Positions 1 through 8,367 of a stretch of 42,397 bases of DNA are shown here, piece after piece. The notes below the pieces were generated by a model. It searched no databases. It was not told the origin of the DNA and was given only the letters and a program-made list of their open reading frames with translations. The number at the start of each line of letters is the position of its first letter. Positions within the stretch are counted from its first letter, which is position 1. Position numbers and translations under genes: made by a program. Source of the DNA: Verrucomicrobiota bacterium (GTDB taxonomy: Bacteria > Verrucomicrobiota > Verrucomicrobiia > Chthoniobacterales > UBA10450); contig QHQE01000001.1 in assembly GCA_003219265.1 (NCBI GenBank), forward strand, positions 1-42,397, written 5' to 3'.

Positions 1-806
1 GTTATCGTTTCGAACATCGACTCGAGGATATCCAGACGCTGAATGAACGGGCACTCCGCGGCGAGCTTCACATTTCGGCCATCTCGATTCACGCGTATAC
101 GTATGCGGCGGATAAATATGCACTGCTGCCGTGCGGCGCGAGCATGGGCGATGGCTACGGACCAATTGTCGTTAGAAAACACCCACCATCCAGCTCCGAA
201 AGCTTTCGCGAGCAAGGCATCCAACATCCAACGCCGAATGAAGATGTCGATGTTCGCGAGTGGTTGCGCAGCTGTGTGATCGCTGTTCCCGGGCGTATGA
301 CCAGCGCGTTCCTCGCGTTGCAACTTTATCTCGGCGACTTCAAGCACGTCGTCGTCCCGTTCGATCAAATTTTCGACGCGATTAAAGATGATCGCGCGCA
401 GGCCGGCTTGATCATTCACGAAGGTCAACTGACCTACGCGCGATCCGGTTTTCAGAAAATCGTCGATCTTGGCAAATGGTGGAAACGCGAGACAGGATTG
501 CCGTTGCCGCTCGGCGGCAATGTGCTACGCAAAGATATCTCGCGGTCGGTTCGCCACGAGCTTCTCGAAATTGTGCGCCAAAGTATCGATTTCGGCCTCG
601 CCCATCGCGCGGAGGCGGTGCGCCACTCGCTGCCGTACGCGCGCGACATGAATGCAGAGCTCGCTGGCAAGTTCATCAGCATGTACGTGAACGATTATAC
701 GCGCGATTACGGCAAAACAGGGCGCGCTGCGATCCGGAAATTTTTGGGTGACGCACACGATGCCGGGTACATCGACAATCCCGTCGAAGTGGAGTTTGTG
801 GACTGA
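1..806 (+). CDS. MqnA/MqnD-family menaquinone (futalosine route) biosynthesis protein, MqnD-like; 5-prime partial at the window edge
   Basis: Frame 3 is open from nt 3 (YRFEHRLEDIQTLNERALRGELHISAISIHAYTYAADKYALLPCGASMGDGYGPIVV...), so the ATG at 144 in the ORF track is internal. Motifs DIxxLN, SxHAY and IIHEGQLTY match my memory of the 1,4-dihydroxy-6-naphthoate synthase family. No search was run. Confidence 0.6.
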   Translation, partial: YRFEHRLEDIQTLNERALRGELHISAISIHAYTYAADKYALLPCGASMGDGYGPIVVRKHPPSSSESFREQGIQHPTPNEDVDVREWLRSCVIAVPGRMTSAFLALQLYLGDFKHVVVPFDQIFDAIKDDRAQAGLIIHEGQLTYARSGFQKIVDLGKWWKRETGLPLPLGGNVLRKDISRSVRHELLEIVRQSIDFGLAHRAEAVRHSLPYARDMNAELAGKFISMYVNDYTRDYGKTGRAAIRKFLGDAHDAGYIDNPVEVEFVD

Positions 807-826
807 TGCGCTAATCGCCCGCGGCC

Positions 827-1003
827 TTATTTCTTCGGCTCTTCGGTTTTGCCCGTCTGCTGCATGACGAACGCTTTTACACGCGCAGCTTCCTTTTGGA
901 ACCCGTTCATGAAGTCATGCGTGCCGTACTCGAAGAGGACGATGAAGCAAAAGGTGAAGAAAACAAAAAGTACGAGCCAAAAGAGTCCGCGTAGCAACGC
1001 CAT
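827..1003 (-). CDS. small hypothetical single-pass membrane protein
   Basis: The 58-61 aa ORF has one strongly hydrophobic helix (LFWLVLFVFFTFCFIVLF) and a charged C-terminus. The start is ATG at 1003 or GTG at 1012. There is no clear Shine-Dalgarno sequence and I recognise no family. Confidence 0.35.
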   Translation of the reverse strand: MALLRGLFWLVLFVFFTFCFIVLFEYGTHDFMNGFQKEAARVKAFVMQQTGKTEEPKK

Positions 1004-1104
1004 GGCTGACACGATAACTTAGGCAAACTCGCCGGTCAACGGTGCCTAACCTCGCACAAACTTCGGATTGAACCGCGGACCGAAACTGCCATGCTTTCCG
1101 GGCC

Positions 1105-2292
1105 ATGCGGGTTCCGCTGCTCGATTTAAGCGAACAATACCGGACGCTGGCCAAGCCAATTCGGACCGAGATCGACGCGGTCTTGGCGAGCCAACGTTTC
1201 ATCCTCGGACCCCAAGTGGAAGCGTTCGAAAAAGCGATCTGCACCTATTGCGGCACGCCACATGCCATCGGCGTTTCATCTGGGACGGACGCGCTCTTAG
1301 CGATCTTGATGGCGCTCGAAATCGGCCGCCACGACGCCGTCATTACGACTGCTTACACGTTCTTTGCGACAGCCGGGTGCATTGCGCGCGTCGGAGCTAG
1401 GCCAGTCTTCGTTGATATCGATCCCGCAACCGGCAACATCTCGCCGGCAGCGATTCAGCGCTACATCGCAGAAAATTGTCAAGCAAATGCGGATGGAGGA
1501 TTGAAGACTAAGAGCGGAGAGAAAATTCGCGCGATAGTTCCCGTTCATCTGTTCGGCCTGTGCTCCGAGATGGACGCAATTCATCAAATTTCGGAACGCT
1601 ATCAACTGGACGTGATCGAGGACGCAGCGCAGTCAATTGGAGCGGAGTATCGTTTCGGTGAAAGAGCCGCCAAAGCGGGGACGATGGGTGAGGCCGGTTA
1701 CTTCAGCTTTTATCCTTCGAAAAATCTCGGCGCCGCCGGAGACGCCGGCATGATTGTTTGCCGTGACGAAGAGTTGGCGACACGATTGCGCGTGCTCCGG
1801 CAGCATGGGATGGAGCCGCGCTACTACCATCAGGTTATCGGCGGCAATTTTCGCCTGGATGAAATTCAGGCAGCCATCCTCAAGGTAAAGCTACCGCATC
1901 TCGACTCGTGGTCAGCGGCACGCCGTGCGGCGGCGGATTTTTATCGCCAAGAATTCACACGGCTTGGCCTAACAAAACGAATTGGGCTGCCCGCCGAACC
2001 ACATCGCAATCGTGGCCTAACGAATCACCACATCTATCATCAATATGTCATCCGCACGGCGAAGCGCGACCAGTTGCGTGAGCAGCTGGCGAAGCGCGAG
2101 ATCGACACCGCGATTTACTACCCGCTCGGATTACATGAGCAAAAATGTTTTTCTTATCTCGGTTACAAAAAAGGCGATCTGCCTGAGACCGAACGGGCTG
2201 CTCGTGAGACGCTGGCGTTGCCGATCTATCCCGAGGTCTCGCGCGAGGCACAACGCTATGTGGTCGGCGCGATCGCCGAGTTCTTCGAGTAA
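1105..2292 (+). CDS. DegT/DnrJ/EryC1/StrS-family PLP-dependent sugar aminotransferase
   Basis: The N-terminus is typical of the family (VPLLDLSEQYRTL...ILGPQVEAFEKA...GVSSGTDAL). The Schiff-base lysine context FYPSKNLGA is present. The 395-aa length fits. Confidence 0.9.
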   Translation: MRVPLLDLSEQYRTLAKPIRTEIDAVLASQRFILGPQVEAFEKAICTYCGTPHAIGVSSGTDALLAILMALEIGRHDAVITTAYTFFATAGCIARVGARPVFVDIDPATGNISPAAIQRYIAENCQANADGGLKTKSGEKIRAIVPVHLFGLCSEMDAIHQISERYQLDVIEDAAQSIGAEYRFGERAAKAGTMGEAGYFSFYPSKNLGAAGDAGMIVCRDEELATRLRVLRQHGMEPRYYHQVIGGNFRLDEIQAAILKVKLPHLDSWSAARRAAADFYRQEFTRLGLTKRIGLPAEPHRNRGLTNHHIYHQYVIRTAKRDQLREQLAKREIDTAIYYPLGLHEQKCFSYLGYKKGDLPETERAARETLALPIYPEVSREAQRYVVGAIAEFFE

Positions 2293-2350
2293 AGATCGAC
2301 AATTACTTGCGACGCGCACGGCGCCAGCCTATATCAACGCTCGCAAGCGA

Positions 2351-2434
2351 GGGTAGGTTCCGGAGTGGCCAAACGGGGCAGACTGTAAATCTGCTGGCTT
2401 TACGCCTTCGCTGGTTCGAATCCAGCCCTGCCCA
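2351..2434 (+). tRNA. tRNA-Tyr: tRNA-Tyr (anticodon GTA), type II with a long variable arm; CCA not encoded
   Basis: Hand-folded cloverleaf. The acceptor stem is GGGTAGG/CCTGCCC with one G-T pair. The anticodon stem is GCAGA/TCTGC with loop CTGTAAA. The variable arm is GGC..GCC. The T arm is GCTGG-TTCGAAT-CCAGC and the discriminator is A. It closely parallels E. coli tRNA-Tyr. Confidence 0.93.
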
Positions 2435-2449
2435 GTTCTTGCCGCTGCT

Positions 2450-2860
2450 CTAGCGGCGCCGCTTGCGACTACCCCGCGAAGATTTGGATCTTCGGCGGCT
2501 TTTTGCTGTTCGTCCGCCGCGGACCGCACGTTTCCGCGATTTTGCGGCAGTCGATCTTCGCGCTGGTCTTTTCTTTGCCGCCTTACTGCGCGGACGCTTT
2601 TTTGCGGGCCGCGATTTGGCGCGTTTAACAACCTTGGCGACCCTCTTCCTAACAGCAGGAACGATCGGCCGGCCACTTGCGGCGGCTTTTCCTGCGAGAG
2701 CACCGACGAATCCGCCCACGACCGCGCCGACCGGGCCGGCCATACTGCCGATCGCAGCGCCGGCTACGGCGCCGGCTGTTTGCTTCGGGATTGGTGGAAT
2801 CTGGATGTCCTCGGATGATTGTGGACTTTCTTTTTTTTGTGCGTCTGGTTCGTTAGGCAT
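2450..2860 (-). CDS. hypothetical small protein: acidic N-terminus, glycine-zipper hydrophobic segment, extremely basic K/R/A-rich tail
   Basis: 136-aa ORF with GGAAGGAG about 10 nt upstream of the ATG. The segment GAVAGAAIGSMAGPVGAVVGGFVGALAG is followed by about 75 aa of KR-rich sequence (AKKRPRSKAAKKRPARR...RKRRR). I recognise no family. Confidence 0.55.
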   Translation of the reverse strand: MPNEPDAQKKESPQSSEDIQIPPIPKQTAGAVAGAAIGSMAGPVGAVVGGFVGALAGKAAASGRPIVPAVRKRVAKVVKRAKSRPAKKRPRSKAAKKRPARRSTAAKSRKRAVRGGRTAKSRRRSKSSRGSRKRRR

Positions 2861-2952
2861 AAATCACGGAGCTCCTTCCGTTTTGTTTGGTTGTAATCAA
2901 AATGTAATTCGAATGACAAGCCTATTGCAGCCGTTCGCGCATTCTTTTCGTG

Positions 2953-2990
2953 AAAATAAAAAAAAGCGCCCGCCGCGGCGGGCGCTTTTC
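2953..2990 (-). terminator. rho-independent terminator downstream of the RRM-protein gene
   Basis: A GC stem GCGCCCGCC-GC-GGCGGGCGC lies at 2966-2985. On the minus strand it is followed by T8 then ATTTTC (the plus-strand A-run at 2954-2965). It sits about 20 nt after the stop at 3007. Confidence 0.7.
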
Positions 2991-3006
2991 GCGAGATTTG
3001 TTTGGC

Positions 3007-3363
3007 TTAGCGGCCGCGTCTTTGCCCGCCATCCCGGCGTCCGCCGCCGTAGCCTCCTCCACCGCCATAACCACCGCGACCACCACCGCCGCCGCCGCCG
3101 CCCGGTGGGCGAGGCTCACGCGGCCGCGCTTCATTCACGGTTAAAGACCGGCCTTCCACGCTTTTGCCGTTAAATTGAGTAATGGCATTCTGAGCTTCTT
3201 GTTCCGAGCCCATCGTTACGAAGGCAAACCCGCGAGATTTGCCAGTGAATTTGTCCTGCATGAGGGTGACTTCCTGCACCGCGCCGGCTTGTGAGAAAAG
3301 CTCCTGCAGTTCGTTTTCGGTCGTATTGAAGGAAAGATTTCCTACGTATAATTTAGTTCCCAT
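3007..3363 (-). CDS. RRM-type (RNP-1/RNP-2) RNA-binding protein with a Gly/Arg-rich tail
   Basis: RNP-2 is KLYVGNL and RNP-1 is SRGFAFVTM. The C-terminus is GGGGGGGGRGGYGGGGGYGGGRRDGGQRRGR. 118 aa. Confidence 0.9.
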   Translation of the reverse strand: MGTKLYVGNLSFNTTENELQELFSQAGAVQEVTLMQDKFTGKSRGFAFVTMGSEQEAQNAITQFNGKSVEGRSLTVNEARPREPRPPGGGGGGGGRGGYGGGGGYGGGRRDGGQRRGR

Positions 3364-3548
3364 TGAGTCTATTCTGGAAAACGCAGCCAGGTCACTGTTC
3401 CCGCTTATCGGATTTCAAATCGCCACTGAATAAACTCAACTGACAATCCACCAACTGCCGAGCTACCGTTTCCGTTTCGGTCACATTAGTAAAGGGCTTC
3501 TTTTAAGAAAGCAACAGGAAATCGAGGGTCAATCGGCCCTGCTGAAAA

Positions 3549-4778
3549 ATGTCTGAATCTACCGACGCGAGCGGAAAAAATGGCACGGCCCGTGTCGCGG
3601 TCGTAGCCGCCGGCGTAATCAGTCCCTTGGGTTTCGGGCTGGGCGAAACGCTCGATTCACTGCGTGCGGCACGGGACTGCGTCACGGCGGTGACACGATT
3701 TTCGGTAGCCCAATGTCGATGTAAAACTGCGGGTCAGGTGCCTGATGAGCGCCTTCTCGCCGAGCGACGCAAGTGCGCGCGTCCACAACGCTTCCATCGC
3801 GCAGCACACATGATGATCCGCGCGCTGGCCGAAGCGCTGAGGCAAGATGCCAAGTTCAAACCGGAATTGACAGTGATTGGGACGACGAGCGGCGGCATGT
3901 CTTACGGCGAAGATTATTTTCGCTCGTTACATCTACACGGTGACTTACGACGTTCGCCAACCTGGATCGCGAATTATCCTGCGCAAAAGCCGGTAGTGGA
4001 TGCGCTGGATACTTTCGGAATTCGTGCGCCGTGCCAGGTAATTGCCAACGCCTGCGCTTCAGGCACGAACGCGATCGGTCATGCCTTCGAGTGCGTTCGC
4101 TCGGGACGCTATGAGCGCGTATTGAGCGGCGGTTATGACGCGCTCTCGGAGCTGGTTTTTGTCGGCTTCGATTCGCTTCAGGCCTCGACGCCAGAAAAAT
4201 GCCGCCCCTTTGATCGAGATCGCACCGGAATGGTTCTCGGAGAAGGCGCCGCGATCCTCGCATTGGAAAATCTCGACACCGCGCGTGCGCGCGGCGCGCC
4301 CGTTCTCGCGGAAATAACCGGCTACGGCATTTCCACCGACAATTTTCATTTTACCCAACCGAACCCTTCCGGCAGCGGACCCCGCCAGGCAATGGAGCAT
4401 GCTCTCCAAAGCGCCCATCTTTCGGCCCATACGGTCGATTACATCAACGCGCACGGAACGGCCACGCCTTTTAACGACGCGGCCGAGGGAAAAGCAATTG
4501 GCGAGCTGTTCGGTCGCGGTGTGCCGGTCGGCTCGACCAAGAGCATGATGGGCCACTCATTAGGCGCGGCCGGCGCGGTCGAAGCCATTGTCTGCCTTCT
4601 CGCGCTTCAGCATCAATTTCTCCCTCCGAACATCAATTTTCACGCTCCAGATGAAGATGCCGATCTTAACATTGTCGCGAACGAATCGCGGCCAGCGTCT
4701 TTGCGCACAGTCCTCTCGAACTCTTTCGGTTTCGGTGGCACGAACGCTTCCCTTGTAATGCAAAAGTTCGAGGCATGA
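3549..4778 (+). CDS. beta-ketoacyl-ACP synthase, KAS I/II (FabF-like) family, catalytically intact
   Basis: The active-site Cys is in ANACASGTNAIG. The two His are in HFTQPNP and INAHGTATPFND. The GHSLGAAGAVE and SFGFGGTNASLV C-terminal motifs are present. Confidence 0.9.
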   Translation: MSESTDASGKNGTARVAVVAAGVISPLGFGLGETLDSLRAARDCVTAVTRFSVAQCRCKTAGQVPDERLLAERRKCARPQRFHRAAHMMIRALAEALRQDAKFKPELTVIGTTSGGMSYGEDYFRSLHLHGDLRRSPTWIANYPAQKPVVDALDTFGIRAPCQVIANACASGTNAIGHAFECVRSGRYERVLSGGYDALSELVFVGFDSLQASTPEKCRPFDRDRTGMVLGEGAAILALENLDTARARGAPVLAEITGYGISTDNFHFTQPNPSGSGPRQAMEHALQSAHLSAHTVDYINAHGTATPFNDAAEGKAIGELFGRGVPVGSTKSMMGHSLGAAGAVEAIVCLLALQHQFLPPNINFHAPDEDADLNIVANESRPASLRTVLSNSFGFGGTNASLVMQKFEA

Positions 4779-5908
4779 GTCTGGCAATCGCCGGCATGGG
4801 GTGGATTACCCCCCTCGGGGGTGGTGTTGATGCGGTGTGGGAACGTTTGCTTCAAGGTGATGAGGCGCACGCGGAAAAAATTACCGAGAAGTTCGATGAC
4901 CAAGCTTATACCGTTTTTCGAGTGCCGGATTCCGCGCTTGCCAGCCTGGCGCCTCATCCCCGCCTTCGCCGCGCCAGTTTAATCTCCCGCTTCGCCGCAG
5001 CCGCCGGCTTGGCGGCATTAGAAGAGGCAGGAGTGAAACTCGATCCGCGGAATGCGGAACGAGTTGCTCTCGTCTTCGCAATTTCGAACGGCGGCGTGAT
5101 CTACACGAAGCGCTTTTACCGCGACATCGTTGAATCGGGCGCGCAATCAGCCAGTCCACTCTTTTTTCCTGAAACGGTTTTCAATGCGCCGGCTAGTCAC
5201 CTGGCAGCGATTCTCGGGATTACCGGCGCCACTTACACGCTGGTGGGTGACGGTGCGGTAGGACTTCTGGCGATAAGAATGGCGGAGGATTTGATGGCCA
5301 ACGGCGCGCTTGATTATTGCCTTGTTGTCGGCGCGGAAGAAGTCGATTGGCTGCTTTGCGATGCGTATCACAAGTGGCGTCTTCTCCGTTTGGAACCTCC
5401 GGTGGAGCCGTTCAATGAAGTCGCCAGAGGAATGATTTTGAGCGAAGGCGCCGGAGCGGTCCTGCTCGCACGCGAAGGCCTAATAAAGATCGAGAGTACT
5501 CATGCTGGCGGATATTATCGCAAACGCGACGAAGCAGAGGACGTTTTGAAGCGAATCCTTTGCGATCTGATCGAAGCCGAAAGCGGCTTTGTCATCGCGA
5601 GCGCTAACGGCACATTTATCGATGAAGCGGAATGCCGGGCAATCTCGCAAGTCATCCCGGGCGCGATCGTGTACACGGCGAAGCCAGCGCTCGGGGAAAG
5701 TGTCGGCGCCGGAGGACTGTGGCAGGTCATTGTGGGAGGCCAAGCTCTGCGCCAGGGAGAGCTTCCGCCTCTGCTGCACGTGACTTCAAAAATTCCGTTG
5801 CGGATTTCAGCTTCGGGTTCAGCCGCGGCGACAGCGCGTGGCGCGATTGTCTTAAGCTGCGGACTCAATCAGCAAATTGCAGGTTTATGTCTCGGCGTGG
5901 ACCGCTGA
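4775..5908 (+). CDS. KS-like protein lacking the active-site cysteine (chain-length-factor-like partner)
   Basis: Its ATG overlaps the upstream stop (ATGA). It looks like a thiolase/KS fold (GMGWITPLG..., FFPETVFNAPASHLA, SANGTF), but the nucleophile position reads LVGDGAVGL instead of ACASG. Confidence 0.75.
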   Translation: MSLAIAGMGWITPLGGGVDAVWERLLQGDEAHAEKITEKFDDQAYTVFRVPDSALASLAPHPRLRRASLISRFAAAAGLAALEEAGVKLDPRNAERVALVFAISNGGVIYTKRFYRDIVESGAQSASPLFFPETVFNAPASHLAAILGITGATYTLVGDGAVGLLAIRMAEDLMANGALDYCLVVGAEEVDWLLCDAYHKWRLLRLEPPVEPFNEVARGMILSEGAGAVLLAREGLIKIESTHAGGYYRKRDEAEDVLKRILCDLIEAESGFVIASANGTFIDEAECRAISQVIPGAIVYTAKPALGESVGAGGLWQVIVGGQALRQGELPPLLHVTSKIPLRISASGSAAATARGAIVLSCGLNQQIAGLCLGVDR

Positions 5909-6021
5909 ACTGGATGAGCCGTTTTCTCGCGGGATTGGCTTTTTCCCAGGGCCGCGGCCTCGGTCGCGTCCCGCTTTTGCCTTTGCAAGAGCGCCTTCCT
6001 TCGGTACCTTCGGCGACCGCC

Positions 6022-8280
6022 ATGCGAAAGCCGGTTCGTTTGTTCTTTATGCTACTTCTGATAGCTGGTTTCGCCAGGGGAGCAATTAAAACTCCGGAGA
6101 ATGCTCCGATCGAAATCACCTCAACCGGGGAAACCAGTTACGAGAACGGGCTGGCCACCGCGCGCGACAACGTGGCCATTCACGTAGGCGACACAGATAT
6201 CTACGCCGACTACGCGCAGTACAATTCGCGCACACACGAAGTGCTGGCGGTAGGCCATGTGCGAATCTACCGCGATATCAGTCTCTACATTGCCGATCGC
6301 GGTATTTACAACATCGACACAAAAAAGATTCGCGCGACTAACATGCGCACAAAGTCTGATCCTTATTTCGTTAGCGGTGAAAATGTCAGCGAAATTTCCG
6401 AGAACGGTTATCTCGTCCAGAACGGAACCTTCACAACGCATGATGCGCCGACCGCCGATTTTCATCTCCAGGCGCAAACGATTCGTATTTACGAGAAAGA
6501 CCGCGTCATTTTTCGGAACGTGACCTTCTACGTCGGGAAGGTGCCTATTTTTTGGTGGCCTTACCTGTACCAGTCGCTCAGTGACGCGTTCAGTTTTACG
6601 GTCTCACCAGCGTTTTTGAGCTCATGGGGGCCATCGCTTCTCACTCAGGTCACCTTCCCCATCACGGACGACATCAAAGGCCGGATCCGGCTCGATTATC
6701 GGGGCCGTCGCGGCGTGGCCATCGGATTCGAATCGGATATCGACTACGGAAAGGACAAAAGCAGCTCGGCTAAACTCAAGACATATTATTTACAAGATCA
6801 AAATCCGCTTATAAATCGCACGAGTTTACCGCGAGGAGCAGTTCCGACCGGACGATACCGAGTCAGTCTGGAGGACCGCACGAACTTTACCGATGACATC
6901 TACGGCATCGTTGACATTACGAAGCTGAGCGATCCTTTCGTGATGCAGGATTTCTACCAAGGCGAGTTTCGTATCGATCCGGTTCCGGACAACGTGGTCG
7001 CAGTCACGAAAGCGAACCCGTTCTATACCCTTACGGGGATCACGCGTTTTCAGGCGAACGAGTTCTTCGAGCAAACGGAACGTTTGCCGGAAGTGGTCTT
7101 AGACATCAAACGCCACGCGCTTTTTGGCGGCCCCATTTTCTACGAAGGCGAAAGCGGATTTGCCAATCTGGAGCGAGCATTTGCCGACGGCTCGGGCTTT
7201 GAGGATTACAGCACCATCCGTCTCGATACCTTTCACCAGCTCCTCTACCCGAACACATATTTCGGTTGGCTTTCCATCGTGCCGCGGGTTGGTTTTCGCG
7301 GCACCTACTATACCCAGACCCGTGACCTCGGGAAAACCGTGTTCACGCCGGACTCAAACCCGCTGGTGCCTAGTTTTCTCCTGCCGAACCCGACACTGGC
7401 ACAGCCAATCAAGTACGGCAATGACACATTCCGCCCGGTTTTTAACACCGGAGTGGAAGCCTCTTTCAAACTCTCCCAGACGTGGGAGAATGTGCAAAGC
7501 CGAGCGCTTGGTCTCGATGGACTTCTCCACGTGATTCAACCGTTCACGAACTTCTCTTACGTGGCCAATGGCGGCGCCGACCCGGCCTCGATCCTTCAGT
7601 TCGATCGATTTCAACCTTCCACGCAACTTCGCACCATCGATTTCCCACAGTTCACTTCGATCGACTCAATCGATAATTGGACGGTCTGGCGCCTCGGCGT
7701 CCGGAATCGTCTCGAGACCCGGCGCGATGACTCGACGACCACTTGGTTCGAGCTCGATACTTTTTTTGACGTGAACTTCGATAATCCGTTCGACCGCACG
7801 CCGTATTCGAATTTTTTCAATAATATGCGCTTCACGCCGCTGCCGTGGGCGACGCTCAGCGTTAACTCCCAGGTACCGGCTTTCGACAAGGGTTTTACGG
7901 AAGTGGATACGACCCTGATTGTCCAACCAATCGCCAATTTGCAATTGAGCGTTGGGCATCGCTATTTGAATGGCAATCCCTTCTTCGACAACAGCAGCTT
8001 GTTTGTCGTCGGCGGATATTACCGCCTCGATGAGAACTGGGGCCTCGGCATCCAGGAGCAATACGAAGCGACCACCCGCATTCTCGAGGAGCAGCGTTAC
8101 TCGATTTATCGCGATCTGACGAGCTGGGTAGCTTCATTTGGCGCCGTGGTGCGCGACAATGCTGGGGTGAAAGAATATGGCGTGCTCTTTACCATCACCC
8201 TCAAAGCATTTCCGAAATTTGGTTTCGATTTGAATTTTGATCCAGCTGGCGCAGGTCAAGGCCAGAGCACAGGTCAATGA
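6022..8280 (+). CDS. lptD: LPS-assembly outer-membrane protein LptD (OstA family)
   Basis: The ATG at 6022 gives a signal peptide (MRKPVRLFFMLLLIAGFARG). An OstA-like N-domain follows (ATARDNVAIHVGDTDIYADYAQYNSRTHEVLAVGHVRIY), then a long aromatic-rich beta-barrel region. The 5632 start in the ORF track overlaps the upstream gene and is rejected. ATG 5914 is an alternative start. Confidence 0.75.
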   Translation: MRKPVRLFFMLLLIAGFARGAIKTPENAPIEITSTGETSYENGLATARDNVAIHVGDTDIYADYAQYNSRTHEVLAVGHVRIYRDISLYIADRGIYNIDTKKIRATNMRTKSDPYFVSGENVSEISENGYLVQNGTFTTHDAPTADFHLQAQTIRIYEKDRVIFRNVTFYVGKVPIFWWPYLYQSLSDAFSFTVSPAFLSSWGPSLLTQVTFPITDDIKGRIRLDYRGRRGVAIGFESDIDYGKDKSSSAKLKTYYLQDQNPLINRTSLPRGAVPTGRYRVSLEDRTNFTDDIYGIVDITKLSDPFVMQDFYQGEFRIDPVPDNVVAVTKANPFYTLTGITRFQANEFFEQTERLPEVVLDIKRHALFGGPIFYEGESGFANLERAFADGSGFEDYSTIRLDTFHQLLYPNTYFGWLSIVPRVGFRGTYYTQTRDLGKTVFTPDSNPLVPSFLLPNPTLAQPIKYGNDTFRPVFNTGVEASFKLSQTWENVQSRALGLDGLLHVIQPFTNFSYVANGGADPASILQFDRFQPSTQLRTIDFPQFTSIDSIDNWTVWRLGVRNRLETRRDDSTTTWFELDTFFDVNFDNPFDRTPYSNFFNNMRFTPLPWATLSVNSQVPAFDKGFTEVDTTLIVQPIANLQLSVGHRYLNGNPFFDNSSLFVVGGYYRLDENWGLGIQEQYEATTRILEEQRYSIYRDLTSWVASFGAVVRDNAGVKEYGVLFTITLKAFPKFGFDLNFDPAGAGQGQSTGQ

Positions 8281-8367
8281 GCGGCATGGTGCAAAGAATG
8301 CTGCGTTTCCCGGCGTCGTCCCGCTGCTTGCTCTGCTGCGACTAACTCGCTGCGTCGCTTCATTCGC

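Noticed and set aside
2440-2456. The small hairpin GCCGCT-gctct-AGCGGC between tRNA-Tyr and the basic-protein gene, as a possible bidirectional terminator.
   Set aside because: The stem is only 6 bp, it overlaps the stop codon of the minus-strand gene, and there is no T-tract on either side.
3030-3110. A GC-rich triplet repeat (ccgccgccgccg / ccacc runs).
   Set aside because: This is the coding sequence for the Gly-rich tail of the RRM protein on the minus strand, not an independent repeat element.
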